Assembly: GCA_028023455.1 (NCBI GenBank)
Contig: JAQFVV010000008.1
Location: 5,022,001-5,086,000 of the forward strand
Source of the DNA: Epiperipatus broadwayi
Taxonomy: Eukaryota; Animalia; Onychophora
DNA: 64,000 bases
Reading direction: 5' to 3'
The notes below the pieces were generated by a model. The model did not search any database. It was not told where the DNA came from and saw only the letters and a list, made by a program, of their open reading frames with translations. Positions 14,031-28,866 of the stretch are shown here, one piece after another. Numbering within the stretch: position 1 is the stretch's first letter; the number at the start of each line of letters is the position of its first letter. Both the position numbers and the translations under genes were made by a program.

Positions 14031-15418
14031 ACATTGAAAATAAAATAATGGTGATTAAAAGAAAAGTTTGACTGCATTATGAAAAATTACAAATTGCTTT
14101 GGCAATAACAATAAGATGAGCATTAGTATAAATGATAAAGACAGAAAAAAAAGATAGGGCCTTGACTCACGTCAATAATCACAGTATAAGTATTGGATAA
14201 TCTAATCACTTTAATGCAAAGAAAATAGTTAGAAAAAACTAAGATACTCATTTAGTAATTTTGATGAGTAAACTATATGCTAAAATATAACTTATAACAA
14301 ACTAAATAAAAGATCTTAGAACTATTTAAAACAACTACTGGAGCCCAAATTTCTGGAAGGATTCCATAAATGAGAAAAAAAATCACCATAAACCTAATTT
14401 TGTGAAAGGTTCCATGAATAAAAATAATTATCATTGATAAGTCAGTTGTTTTAAGAATTATATTGTTCTACCATCTAAATTCGCTTGAGTCATTCTTTTT
14501 CTATAACTGTGAAATCGAGAGAAGAATAAGAATAATAGATAAAAGGAAGTAACTTAATTTTCTTTTTTAAGAATGGTATATATATATATATGAGAATTCT
14601 AAAAACAATTGAGGAAAAATCTATTTGATATAAAAACTTTAAAAAAATGATTAAGTGCTGAAGTATCCTTGAATCATATTTTTAGAAACAATATCTAAAA
14701 TATTGTCTGGCTAAAAGATATTTCAGGTGAAATACATGCAAAAAATCCAGGTACTTTTTCAGTTAACTAAATCTCTAAATCTCTCATCTATCAAAACATA
14801 GACAAATAACATATCAGATGATGACTGCAAGTATAACTTTGAATATTTCATAATGCTATTGAATTCAGATTAGTCAAACATACAACATTCTTAGAAATTC
14901 ACATTTTCTGAATCATAATGATCCCACAACATAATAACTATGATAACTATGATTGTCTCACCGTCAACATAATATATTCTTCATTCAGTTATACATGTTA
15001 GTTTTATTTACTTGCATTATTCTTTCTGATTGAACAATTTCTTTATCAAACAGTTTCTTTTATTTTTATAATCAATATTAAAATAGATTAAAAACATTTA
15101 CACATATTATAAATATAGTAGAATATGTATACTAATTAATGCAATTATCAAATATTAATTTATTTCACAATTGTTTCCAATAATGTTAATTATTATTAAC
15201 TGATTATTAATTAATATTTAATATTAGCATTGACTATATTATCTGCATCTAATATCAGTGGATAATTAATTACTAATTTATAAATAAAAATATATAATGT
15301 AATATAATCTTCAATACTTTCTCTTCCTCTTTCCTTTTTTATTTTTGCTTTTTTATATAACATATAATAACAACATTCCACTCTTCTTACAATTTAAAGC
15401 AAAATAATTTATTAATTT

Positions 15419-15452
15419 TACAGTTTTGATTGTTCCTAGCAGTCTTCATCAG
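15419..15452 (-). ncRNA. Hammerhead remnant in 3' pLTR (second copy 19204-19237)
   Basis: 3' copy CTGATGA A GACTG-CTAGGAA-CAATC AAAA C T GTA; 5' copy TTGACAA A GACTG-CTAGAAA-TAGTC GAAA C T GTA. The consensus of the two restores CTGATGA and GAAA; stem I is weak. Confidence 0.65.
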
Positions 15453-16081
15453 ATCTACAAAATTTAAACATTATATCAATACAACCATATTTTATACATA
15501 TATCTATTATGATGTTACAATTTAACCAACTTAATTATTAACATCACTTTATTCATTAAATTTCCTATTATATAACTTTTAAATTCTATTTATCCTTTAT
15601 TTTATTATTTTTATTTTTAATTATTATCATATTTATATTTGTTCACCTTTTATCCCTGCCATAATTTTATAAATTCAATGTAATATTTATGAAACCTTTT
15701 TTATATTACTATATTCATATATTTAACCTTATTTTACATTTCACTTATTATCTTAATTTTTTATTATCTTATTCCTTTCCTTAATTCCATTTTATCCATA
15801 TTTTATTCTTGCTTCTTTTTTATTTACTTAATTTTTATAAAATTATTTTGATTATTATATGTATTTTTATTTCTTACCTTATCATCTACTTTTACTCTCT
15901 TTCCTCTATTTTCTATCCCATTGTACATCCTACTTTCTTTTAACTATATACAGCTCTCTCTATTATCTATTATACAAACTACTTAAGTATTTTTTTCTTA
16001 TTAGTTTCACTGTTTTTTTATTTTTTATTAAGATAGTTTTTAAACCACCTTCTCTATTAATACTTGGATTAATCTTCTTTA

Positions 16082-18950
16082 TTAAAATTGCCTCCCTATT
16101 TCTCTATCCCTCCTACTACTTGCATAACTTATCATTCTAATATTCTTTTTTTCTAGGTTATGACCTGTCTCCATAAAATTCATATATACCGATGATCCTC
16201 TATCATATTTATGTTGTTTTAACCTAGTATATATTGAATTTTTTGTGTCATCAACATATTTATTTATAATCCCTTTATCTTTACATTTTCTACATTTTAT
16301 CTCATAAACCCCATTTATATATTTCTTTTCCCCACTTATATACCTATTATCTAAAATATCCATTACATTTTTCTTCTTTTTATTCACTACTTTATATCTA
16401 ATATCATTTTTAAATTCTTTATAAGTTTTCTAATAATATTATTGATTCTCCTTACTATACTACTATCAAATATATTAAATTTAGGTGTAAACAGATAATA
16501 TTATAATAACGTGAAAGCTAAACACCTTCAAACAGATATGCTTTAAAAATGCTTATGTGACAGCCAATCAGATGGAATAATGGCATCACATGGGACTCTA
16601 AATTCTAAAACACAAGCCAGAACTATTAGAAAAAGATGGGACCCACCTTAATCTATGCCTCAATTATATTTAAATAAGCCAGACTAAAGTATTTCATTAG
16701 ATTTAAAAATATTGCGTCATTGTAAATTGGATGATTTCGCATTGTTAATTTATATATATAATATTTAGTGGATTAAATGTGAAGGTATTTAAGCTTCACA
16801 CTCTTAGTTCAAAATGCTTTAGTCTGGCTTATTTAAATATAATTGAGGCATAGATTAAGGTGGGTCCCATCTTTTTCTAATAGTTCTGGCTTGTGTTTTA
16901 GAATTTAGAGTCCCATGTGATGCCATTTTTCCATCTGATTGGCTGTCATGTAAGCATTTTTAAAGCATATATGTTTGAAGGTGTTTAGCTTTCACATTAT
17001 TATACTACTATCATTAACTTTTATTCCTATGTTTTCCTTCTTTTCTTTTCTTTTCCCCACTTCCTTTCCCTCTTTTTTATATACCTCTTTTATCTTTTTT
17101 ATATTTTTTATTATCTTTTCTGGATATTTATTTTTCTTAAAATCTTCCTTTATTCTATTAATTTCCTTATCATATTCCTTTCTTTCATCACAATATTTTG
17201 CTCCATATAGTTTAGAACTTATATCACTAATTTTATGCTTTATATCCATATTAGAACCCCAATTCACTGCATTTGTAGTACCCATTTTTCTATACACTTC
17301 TGTTTTTACTTCATATCTTTTCTCATTATACTCCTTCTTTATCCTTATATCTAAATATGCTAATATATTATCTTTCTCCCATTTTGTTGTAAAATGTATT
17401 TTCTTATCTATTTTATTTATATTATCTATAAATCTTTTTATTTGTCTTTCACCTCTATTAAATATTAACAGAAAATCATCCACATATCTTTTAATTAATA
17501 TTGGTGCATTCACCTCCTATTAACAATCCTGCTTTCTGTTTATAAACCCTTCCATTAAACTCAAAAGTTATGACTTAACAACATATTTCCATTAAATATT
17601 TTACTATCTCTATAGGTATTTCTATTTCCCTTTCCCTATCTTCCTTATATTTATTAATTGTCAAATTAATTGTTCTTTCTACATCAATATTCGTATACAT
17701 GGACACTACATCCACCTTTGCCTTTGTCAATCTACATTATTATATTCCTTTACTTTTGTCTTAATTTCTTTCACTGATTCTTTATTATTCTTTATAAATG
17801 CCTTGCTTTCTCTATTTATATATTTTCTGAATATTCTTCCTAACCATTTTGATACTCTATCATAGTATGATCCTTTTCCATTAATTACTGGTCTTAATGG
17901 TATACCTTCTTTATTAATCTTTGGTGCCCCATATATCCTTGCTACTTCACAATCCTTACTAAGTTCTCTAATATTCCTCTATTTACTATCCGTTTGTTAC
18001 ACAAACCTTTAATCATTGTATATATTTTTTTTATTATTCACCCCTCTATCATTTTTCTTTATCTTTATAAAAAATTCTTTTTTTAACATTTCTTCCATCT
18101 TTTTTAAATAATCATGTTTATATATCATAACTAATTTACCTCCTTTATCCGATTTTATACACATTATTTCTCTACCATATTTCTTTTTCATCTTAATAAC
18201 ATCATTTACCTTTGTTCTTTCCTTTTTCTCTACCTTTCTGTCCTTTACATTTTTAATTCTATATATCAGATTATTTACTTCTTCATTTAACTTTTCAATC
18301 CATTTTTTATCATCTTTATTAATTATACTATAAACATCCTTATTTTCATAATAATATATTCCATATTTTTCCTCCATATACTTCTGTAGCATTTTCTCCA
18401 TTTTTAAATGCACCTCTATTATATCTCTTTTTTTTTATTATTTTCATATGGAACATATTTTATTCCTTTATTTATTATTCTTATTTCTTCTTCTAATTTT
18501 ACTTTTGTCAGATTACATACGTTGTTTTCTTTTCTTGTTTTTTTCTTTCTTCTTTTTTCTCATTTTTCTCCTTTTCTCTTTCCTTTATTATTTTATTCAC
18601 TTTTTTTCATGTCTTATTCTAGTTTTATTATTTATCATATCCTTCTTCCTATTATACAATTGTTCAAATATTCCTTCTTCTTATTTAGTAATTCTACTAA
18701 CCAATTTCCTTTCTAATTGTTCTATTTCTTTATAAATTGTTCTTTTATTTTGGTATCCATTTTTATATATTTTTTTAATAATCTTCTTTCCATATTCCTT
18801 CTCATCTTTTTTATCTTTCATAATCCTTCTTAACTTTCTCATTTTAATAAAATTTGGTATAACATTATTACTTGAACATTCCTTCATAAACCATATATTA
18901 TTCTTAAGATTACTTAATCTTATTAGCAATCTCCATTTTCTATTCATCAT
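16082..18950 (-). pseudogene. Penelope-type RT/GIY-YIG endonuclease ORF, disrupted
   Basis: ORF pieces 18681-18950, 18009-18413, 16992-17513 and 16082-16387, interrupted by frameshifts, stops and a 532-bp insertion. Confidence 0.9.
16469..17000. mobile_element. Fold-back insertion, family C, nested in the Penelope ORF
   Basis: Arms 16502-16694 and 16812-17004, tail 16469-16501, 13-bp TSD tatactactatca (16456-16468 and 17001-17013); removing it rejoins KVNDSSIV-RRINNII. Confidence 0.9.
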
Positions 18951-19794
18951 TCTTGATACTTCAGCTCATTCTACATTTCTTATTTAAATTATACAGTTTT
19001 TAACATTATTAATATTATTCAATTCTATCTTCCATAATGTCCAAACCTTCCATCACCATTTACCCATGTATTATTCCTTATATTGTAACATAATCTTCAG
19101 TACTTTCTTTTCCTCTTTCCTTCTTTATTTTTGCTTTTTTTATATAACACATAATAACATCCCACTCTTCTTACACTTTAAAGCAAAATATATTTATTAA
19201 TTTTACAGTTTCGACTATTTCTAGCAGTCTTTGTCAAATCTACAAAATTTAAACATTATGTCAATACAACCATATCTCATACATATATCTATTATAATGT
19301 TACAATTTAACCAACTTAATTATTAACATCACTTTATTCATTAAATTTACTATTGTATAACTTTTAAATTGTATTTTACCTTTTTGAACAGTTGAAACTG
19401 TAAAATTAATAAATATATTTTGCTTTAAAGTGTAAGAAGAGTGGAATGTTGTTATTATAAGTTATATATAATGTAGTTGCATGTATGAGAACATAAATTC
19501 TCAAAATATAATTTGCACCTATTTTTAATAATATATTTCAATAATTCACATTTGTTATATATAGAGTTGCTATCAAAATCTGCTTATAAACGGTCTTATA
19601 TATAAATATAATATAATCCTATTTTTAAAAAAAGGTCTCAAATATTAAAAAAATATCACATGTTTCTCTTATATATCCAAAATATCATATGCAGTTTTTA
19701 AACATCCAAAAAATGTCCTATTATACTTTTAGTAACCCATATCATCTGTAGTTCTTGTGACACAACCCTGATATGGAGAGATGGAAAAATTTGT

Positions 19795-20335
19795 GAAGAG
19801 ATAGGCAATCCAGTTGGAAATTAATTGTTATTAATACTTGTTTATTATATCCATATCTTATAGACCTATTTTTTTAAGAAGCTATAATAAATAAATAATT
19901 TTTCTTTTCAAAAATTACAATATATATATATATACAGTATGGTAATTAGTACTATCTTTTCTTCCACTACAATCTAATTATCTCTCAAGCAATGATAATA
20001 AACTTTTTTTAAAAAAAATCAATTCTTAGCATTTATTTAAAAAAAATTAAGCTCCTTATGTATTTACTGGTAAAATAATTTCAGTTAATAGAAAAAAAAT
20101 ATTAACAAATAAAGTGGGAATATTATTATAAAATTGTCTTTCTTTCAAATAACAATTATAAAAAACAACAACACTGGAAATATTAAATACCATCTCTCAT
20201 TTTCAGCCACCTTGTTTTAGACAGTTACAGTATGCTCCTGAAAGCATATAATTTAACAAAAAATAACTTCATTCGATCCTAAATTAGTAAATTCACAAGT
20301 GCCTTAGAAAATTACAATAAAAAAAAGTTCAATTA
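19795..20335 (-). repeat. About 540-bp repeat, inverted partner of 13488-14030
   Basis: Reverse-complement alignment to 13488-14030. Confidence 0.85.
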
Positions 20336-21934
20336 TGCAATAAATACAATCAAATATTTTACTAAATATTAGTTTACTAAAACAATCATTATGAGAAGTA
20401 ATTTATTTGTAAACAATTTTCACAAATTGTATTTTTTGTTTTATGTTGTATATAAATAATATAACAGTTATTTCAAAATGTATTTGTTTTACATTAAAAA
20501 ATAATGACATAATAATAATACCTAAATTCGATAACTATTCATTTAATTTTTAAACAGAATTTATCTTAAATTCAAAATGCATCTTAAAAAGGTATTCTTT
20601 AATTGCATTATTGTGAATTTACATCAGTGGAAGCCATCTAAAAGAAATCCTTGGAATTGGGATAAGAAGCACTACTTTTGATTTTTAACTCCAATAATCA
20701 AACACAAAAAAATACAGATTATAGTTTTCTGAATGTAAGATCTAATAAATTAATTCTCAAATAATTAAGGTATTGCTTAATAGATATCAAAATTATCACA
20801 TATTGCACGTCATGATAACTGACAATGGAATGATAAAAATGTAATGCTAAGCTTGAAACAGAGGTGATTATTTTTGCCATATGTAAATGACTTATTAGAA
20901 TCTATGAGAATCTGCTTGCAAGTATTTTTCCCAAACTTTTAGGAAAAGGAAAGATCAGTTTAATGACCCCATATTTATTGTTTGTTGAAAGAATATAACA
21001 CCATTAATTTAAAACTGTTTTGGATTGTGATGATAGAAAACATCTTACCAAGTCCTTATTAAATTAATACCTTCAGGAAAGTTTTTTTATATTTTAATTG
21101 AATTTATATTTTAAAAATTTATTGTTACAAAATTACAATGACATTTTTTTAAAATTTGTTGTTAAGATTGATTCTCTAAAATTCTGATTTATCTAAAATT
21201 ATTTATGATTATATGCTATAAATGTCTTATTGTAAAACAAAATATTTCAAACTAACTTACAAATCTATGTAAAATGTGTTTTCTTTGTATCTAATTTAAA
21301 TTCTCTATTTTAATTCAGATTTTTTTAGGATTTATCTTATATGTGATTATTTTGTCAGAATTATTTTTATGACTGTTTTTTTTTCTTTATTTTCATTCTT
21401 ACAATAATTTCACTAACATCTGTTTTACTCTTCTTTTTTTTTTTTGTTCTTTTCATAACACTTTTCCCCAAATTTTTTCTCTTCATTTTTATTTTCAAAC
21501 TTTATTTTTAACATCAATTAATCAAAATGATTAGATGTTTCATTTAATTAAATGTATGAGTTTTTTTTAAAGGAAATAAACAACATCATCTTTCAAATAT
21601 ATTTTAAACGACATATTGTAGAGAAAAGAAAAGAAGAAAAAACATAGTTTTAAATATGTATCAAAACAAAGGGGGGAGGGTAAAAGATGTGTTTTGAATA
21701 TGTAATTATATTTAATTTTTTCTATAGATTATAAAATTTTAAACATATTTTAATAAATATATTTTATTATTAAAAGAAAAACAGATTAGTTTGACATTAC
21801 AATTTAAGATTATAATTTCTATTCACATGTAATTTATTATGGCTTTTATTAAAATAAAGACTGATTACTCATATTTTTAATGGAATATGTTAATCATTTT
21901 TAGGATATTAATGTATATCTATATTTTGATAATA

Positions 21935-24220
21935 TCATCATCAATATTTTCAACTATTATCGATCAACTGCAAGATGAAGATCTCTCAAAGTTTAATCCA
22001 GCCCCTCTTCTCTACATGACTGTGGTACACTTCCTTGTTTCATCCATTCATCTCATATGTGGTCTATTTCTAGATCTTTTGCAATCTCTTGGATTCCAGT
22101 TTAAGATTTCAACTATCTATATATATATTACCATCTTTTCTAGAAATATGTCCAAACCCTACTCCAGCCTTTTAATTCTTTCAATGATGTCATTAACACC
22201 TGTTTGTTCTCTCATCCATGTATTGCATTTCCAACATCTTTTTATTACTTTTAAAATACTTCTCCATACTTTATTGAGTGGTGGTATGAAGATCTCCATA
22301 TTGCTCTTCTGTTAAATGTCCAAGTTGCAAATCCATAAATAAAAACCGATAACACATATTTATTAAAAACCTTCCTTTTCAAACATGCCGGCATATTTCC
22401 TTTTGATATTAAATTATTTCTATCAAAATCATTCTGATCAAGTTTAATTCTGTGATTAATTTCATCCATTATATTTCTATATGTAATGATAATCTGACCA
22501 TGATATTTGTAGTTGTTAATTTCTTTTAACTTATCTTTATTGATCTTTATTTTCTTCTTTTGAGAAAAACTATTGAACATTATTTTAATCTTTTTAGCAT
22601 TTACCTTTAATCCAACTTTCTTACTTTCATCTGATAACTCTTGCAACATTTTCTGAAGCTCTAAATAATTATTTGCAAAAACAACTATATCATCTGAAAA
22701 ATCAAGATGATTTAAATAATCGCCATTTTTTATTCCCTTAGCTTTCCATTTTAATCCACAAAATACTTCATGCAAAACATTGGAGATATAAAGTCACCCT
22801 GTCATGTGCCATTCTCAATGTTAATATTTTTAGTATCATTATGTAATTTAATTGTTGCTGCTGCATTTTTAGAAATATTCTTCAAACTATGACAATAACT
22901 TGGGTCTATATCTTGCCTTAGTCATTAAAAAATGCTTATACAATCAAATGGCTTTTCATAATTTACAAAATCAAAGTATAATGGCAATCTCATATTCATT
23001 AGTCCTTTGTATAATTTCTCTCAAATCTTAGATACCATCCACTGTATTAAAACCACTTTTATATTCAACTTGTTCTTTTGATTGGTTAAAATCCAATGTT
23101 CTCTGTAGACAAGTTGTAATTATTTTGGTAAAAATTTTGTATAGAACTGATAAAAGACTGATAGGGCTGTAATATCTAATAACTTTTTTACCAATTTTTT
23201 AAATATTAATATTGTATTCTTTCAATCTTCTGGTATAGCTTTATCATTTAAATATTTGATATATAACTTTGCCAAAAAAAATTATATTATTTCAGTTGCT
23301 TCTTTTAAGATAATGATTACAATTTCATCTCTTCATTTAAAATTCTGGGTAATTTAGAAGATGAAGTAGTTGCAGGAGATACCTTTTCCTTGTTTTTATT
23401 GCTATATGATTTTTGATAGAACACTTCTATACATTTCATGATGTCATCTGTCTTTTTAGTAATTGTTCAATTTTTTTGTCTTATAGCAGAAATGTTTCCA
23501 TATTAAAATGTTTTGTTCTTGAGACTTTTATTCTCTGCTACAGCTTTTCTTGCTAATTTACCTTTGTACTTTCTTATATCATTATCAACTCTTTTTCACA
23601 GTATTTTACAAAATTCAAGACATTAATGCATCATTTCAATATTTTTTCATATTCCTTTTTTTACTTCATAAATTGTTCTATTTCAATAGAAATTTTACAA
23701 GTCAATTGTTGATTTTTTGTACCAGCTATTTTTATTGCAGTTTTAACAGTGTGTCATTTATCTTGCTATTGATTTTGTTCAAATCTGAATCATGTTCAAA
23801 ATCTGTTAATATTTGAAAATGATTTAGAAGTTCTAATTTAAATTCTTTAGTATGTTTCAGATGATTGAGAATATCAATTATGAATATTGTTTTTCTTAAT
23901 AATTTTTACCTGTTGCACATTAACAAGTATCTTATATTTCATTAATCAATAATCACTTCCTGCATTGAATTTATTAAAAACATTATGATCTTGGAATACA
24001 TATTTTCTGTTAGTCAAAATATAATCCAATTCTGCTGTACCTTCATTTGTTATTCTTTCATTTCCATTTCTGTTCAACATTTTTTTCAAAAAAAGAATTC
24101 ATAATAGTTTCTTTTTCCCTATGTCTGTACATTATGAAATTTTTTGAATAATGACTTGATAGTTATATATTTTATATTGGAGTATATTTAAGTTTACCTG
24201 GATCTAAATATGAATACATA
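21935..24220 (-). mobile_element. Old, 5'-truncated, decayed RTE LINE copy
   Basis: ORF 22251-22775 (EVFCGLKWKAKGIKNGDYLNHLDFSDDIVVFAN) is closely similar to the RTE at 41140-43623; 3' end with (atc)n tail remnant near 21936-21945. Confidence 0.9.
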
Positions 24221-24298
24221 TAATGACTCAGTATATGTAAATTATAATTGACTAATAAATTCAAGAGTGTGATTATTATTTAACAAATCCTAATATAC

Positions 24299-24300
<2 letters not shown>

Positions 24301-24343
<43 letters not shown>

Positions 24344-24357
24344 ATGTGTGTGTGTGT
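24301..24357. repeat. Compound (TA)n(TG)n microsatellite
   Basis: Directly visible. Confidence 0.9.
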
Positions 24358-27300
24358 TAATCTTAAGGGGTACTTAGTCTATTAAAAAAATTGATATATT
24401 GTTTTTTAAATAATAAAATGGAACTGAAAAAGAAAACTGACAAAGAAAAATTACACAGCTAATATATATATATATATTTTAAATTTTTAAAAGAATTTAT
24501 AGAAAATTACATTTAGCATCAACAATAAGAAATACTTTAGAAGGCAAATTCTGAGTATTATCTTCAAATGATATCATTGTATTAGTTACCCCATATTGAA
24601 GTTTTTTGGTGAAATCAATATTTGATCATGCACACAATCAGCAATCTATTCCCAAGTCACCACTATGAAGTAACAATTTATAAATAGATATACTATTATC
24701 TGTATTTGTATATGAATTACTTTAGTGTCAATTAATGTTGAATTTGTGAAAGCAAATTATGTAAATAAAAAATATCAAATTACTAAGATATTTTTATTCA
24801 AAGAAAAATATTGAATTAAAGTAATAGTATCCAGAATTATGTTGGAAATATTAAAATCATAACATTAAATTCACTTCTTTTTTTATCAACAATAGTTTCA
24901 TGATATTTAATAAAAAAGACTGGTAACCATTTTCTGCTTTATTGAAATATTAAAGAAATTACAAAAAAGCATTTAAAAAATAGAGTATAAACATATAATA
25001 TGATTCTATAAGGTTATATCATTCATAATAAAAATAATTATCTCTTTGACTTTATTATGTATTTATTAGTCATGATATCTTTATTTTCCTTAACCATTAA
25101 AGTAAGCTTTTATTTAGCATTAATCCATTGACCTTTTTCTTTCTTTTTTTTCTTTTCTTGAAGTAGAATGATTGTATTCATTTACAAATAATTTCTCATG
25201 ATGCTTATGATAACAATTTATATTTTAATTATCCACTGAAAACTTTGTCTGAATAAGTCAAGTCAATAATGAGAATTCATATCTGGAAAATAAGGTTGGC
25301 TCTCAACTGAGGAAAATGAAATATAAAGATCAAAAATCTTATACTTTTCAATTGAATGAAAACTATTTGACCTCATAGCAACAATAAAGTAAAAATAACT
25401 GAAACAGCTCACTCCATTGGAAAAGTCTTTGTGTCATTCTTTCACAAAAGAATAGCAGAAAAGAAGACAAATATTCACAAACCAGTCAACTGTCTCTTAG
25501 TGAAGTTTTATGGGATTTTTTTCTTTATTTTATTCTATACATAAAAATATCTAAATAATCATTAAATATTAAATGTCTAGTTGGAATAGTTATGGATTGT
25601 CTACCTAAAAAATTCCTAATCCTCATCTTCATAAAAACAAATTTATGATCCATCCATATCAGGTGTCATGAACATAGCAAATAAAGATGCTGGTTTTAAA
25701 GTAGATAAATAAATTATGTAATCATGTGCTCTTAACGTACATGTATATAATAAACTTGATTCATCAGTATCATTTTTTTACATTTATTTTCTACTTCCTT
25801 AGATTCTGAACTTAGAATCATAGAAATATGTTATAGAATAGCAGATTTATCATTTTTCAGATTATTTTATTTTTGAATGTATCACTAATAAATTATAGTC
25901 CCAATACAATAAATTCCATATGGATATCTTATATATGTATTTCAGATAACTTTTTTAAAAAAGTAAAAAATAAAAATAAAAATGCCTTGAAAATAATCAC
26001 CCTCTCCTCTCTTTCAAATCTAAATTTTCAAAAATCAAATGATGTATAGAATTTTTTCGAAGTAAATAAGTAAATTAAAATAAAAAATAAATAGTTTTTT
26101 TATGAAAAATTAATAATTAGATTTTTAAAAAAACTATAATTTAATCTGAAAATGCCAAATTACTTTCATTCATAGATTTAATCATTTATACATTAGATAA
26201 ATATATTAATGATAAATGTCGATACTTTATTAGTTTAAATAAAATGCATCTTAAGGGTTATTTGACATTCTGAGATGCTTTTATTCAGGAGTTTTATGTG
26301 TGTGTGTGATACAATAAAGGTTTTAAATATATGTGATATTAAAAGTATATATTTATATATTTTTACTACCGGTATATATTTAGACACATATATTTTACAA
26401 ATAATTGGTAGGAATGTTTTCAGTGATAATATATGAAATATAATTAAATCTAAAAATTAAATTGTAATTTATAAGTCGTTATATTGTTTATATATATTAA
26501 TAGAATTCTGTACTCTCAATTTTGTCTATCATTTATTTACTTTGGTCCCTTGAAAAACATGTATTAGAGTTCATTTTATATATTAAGTTATTTCTAAAAA
26601 AAAAAATCTTTCAATATGTTAATTTAAAAGTATTTGTAAATTTATGAATTTTTAAATAAAGATGTTTCATTGTTATTTTAAGATAAGTGCATATTTTGTT
26701 GATGCTGACATTGTTGAAAAATGTATGTATACAAAATCTATTTGTTTTTTTTAGTAAAATTGTTAATGATAAGAAATCTTTTATTTTTCTTTTAAAAGAT
26801 GATAATCGTATTAAAGTGAATTGATTACCAAACTAGCTTGTGATAACAAATCCTTGGATCTGTAATAAAATCACAATTAATTGTTTTTCTTTACTCAAGT
26901 ATTTTAAATTTACTTTGAATCTTTTATAATTCAATTTGACATCTTTTAAAAATGCAATAAAATTGAAGTTTTGTATTCATTTTTTCTATATTGGTCTTAT
27001 CACGGCATTTATTTTTTTTTTTGTTATTTAATAATCTGCAAAAATAATTAAAACTGTTCAGCTGTTTTATATACATGTAAAAAAAATCTTTTACAAATTA
27101 AATTACTTTTTAAATCTTTTTAGTTTTTTTTTTTTTTAATATTGGTTACTTTAGTTTTAAATTAATTTTTTATGTGTATATAAAAAAAATCATGTAGTAT
27201 ATATTTTAATAACAACGAAGATAATAACAGAATAATATATGCATTTTTTGTATATTTTATTAAGCTTAGAATTATAAAAGACTCAAGTTAATAATTTTTT

Positions 27301-27628
27301 ATTAATTAATATTTAAACTGATGAAATTTAAACAAGTAGTCTTTTTACACTTCTTTCATCACATTATATATATAAAAAAATTACTATTATTTTCCAAAAT
27401 TTGAATAATTTTATAAGTTTTAAAACTATTTTTTGTATACAATTTGGAATTGAAAATAAACAAAGCATTGTTAATCAATGAAGCATTATGTTATTAAAAA
27501 AGAACAGATTGATTGAATTTTCAGAAATAAATAATCTGCTTTTGGGGACATTTTTTTTACAAAATAACCAAGTAAAATAAGGTTTTAACAAAAAGTAGAC
27601 TAGAGAAATGCTAATAGTTTTCAAATTT

Positions 27629-27669
<41 letters not shown>

Positions 27670-28598
27670 TCTATTTAATATCTACAATGATCATGTAAGT
27701 CATTAGATGTAGTTTGATATTGAAATGTAATGTTTATTTGCTTAATGGTGATTTTTTGTAAAGGTATATCATCCTTAAATTATGAGTTTCATATTATTTT
27801 GACAGTTTTTTAACAATATGTATTTATTATCTGAATCAATAATTATAATGATCATTATTTTCTTTTTGTAACATTGTTTTGATTTCAACTTTAGTATTTT
27901 GAATATCTCTAACAATTTTCCACATTTTTATAAACTTATTATAATTGTATTGTATGCTGTATAGAAAACATGTTTGTGTTAATTAAATAGTATCAATGTT
28001 TAGGATAATTATAAATGTTTTGTATTACATGACAAATTAAAATCATTTAAATTAAGTAAACAAGACAACAAATATATTTTAAAATTATGTTTGTTTTCTA
28101 TTATAAAGAAATATAGAGCAATGTCTTTATCTTCACATTAAAGCTTTATACATGCAGTAATTTTTTTTATTTTAATATATACTAGTATTAACATATGATT
28201 GAGTCTCTAAATGCATTTGTAATTGAAAAAAGATTTTAGATGTAAAAACAACAATATAGGCTTATTACATAAATCTATACATTTGGATAATATTAAAAAA
28301 CGTATATCACTATTTTAATCATGACTCAAAAATAAATTTACAGCCTGTTAAATTGTAAAAAATTTATGACAACTGATCATTATATTAGTTTTTAAAAATA
28401 TATTTTTAAATAAGAACATATTTTATACGGTATTGAAGTTAGTATAAAAAGTAAAAAAAAATTGAAGTTGAATATTGATTATAAATATGTGATTCATTAC
28501 ATTTTATTTATTTTAGTTCAACCCATTCTAATGCACAGCCAAAAATATTATCAAAGTCTATTGAATTTTTAAAAAAATCTATAGCTGAAATTAATATT

Positions 28599-28866
28599 AT
28601 AACTTTATATTTCTTATTGCATTGCCAAATCCATATAATGTTAAATCATCTATGCTCTTTAATACTGTTTTACAATGCTTTTATTACAGCCCACAATGAC
28701 AGTTTTGATTGCCCCTGCAATCTTCTTCAGAACTTCTATTAAGTTCTGAAAAAGATTGTGGATAAGTTCTGAAGAAGATTTCTGGGGCAATTGAAACTGT
28801 CATGATGGGTTGTAATAACAGCATTATAAAACAGTATTAAAGAGGATAGATGATTTAATATTATAG
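28599..28866. mobile_element. Fold-back insertion with hammerhead in both arms
   Basis: Arms 28634-28735 and 28764-28865, 35-nt tail 28599-28633, 12-bp TSD gaaattaatatt (28587-28598 and 28867-28878); arm consensus CTGAAGA A GATTGC-AGGG-GCAATC GAAAC T GTC. Confidence 0.85.

Larger units (their letters stand above)
15302..19463 (-). mobile_element. Penelope-like retroelement (RT plus C-terminal GIY-YIG), decayed, near full length
   Basis: Fragmented ORF with IYGAPKINKEGIPLRPVI, KVDVVSMYTNID, RYVDD and GVYEIKCRKC...TRLKQH; direct pLTRs at about 15302-15597 and 19088-19380; inverted pLTR piece 19384-19463; 12-bp TSD atatataatgta (15290-15301 and 19464-19475). Confidence 0.9.

Noticed and set aside
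15859-18735. Plus-strand hydrophobic ORFs (e.g. 16975-17523, 18408-18735) resembling membrane proteins
   Set aside because: Antisense shadows of the purine-rich Penelope ORF; the same applies to minus-strand ORFs within 41176-43515 and 35005-35755.
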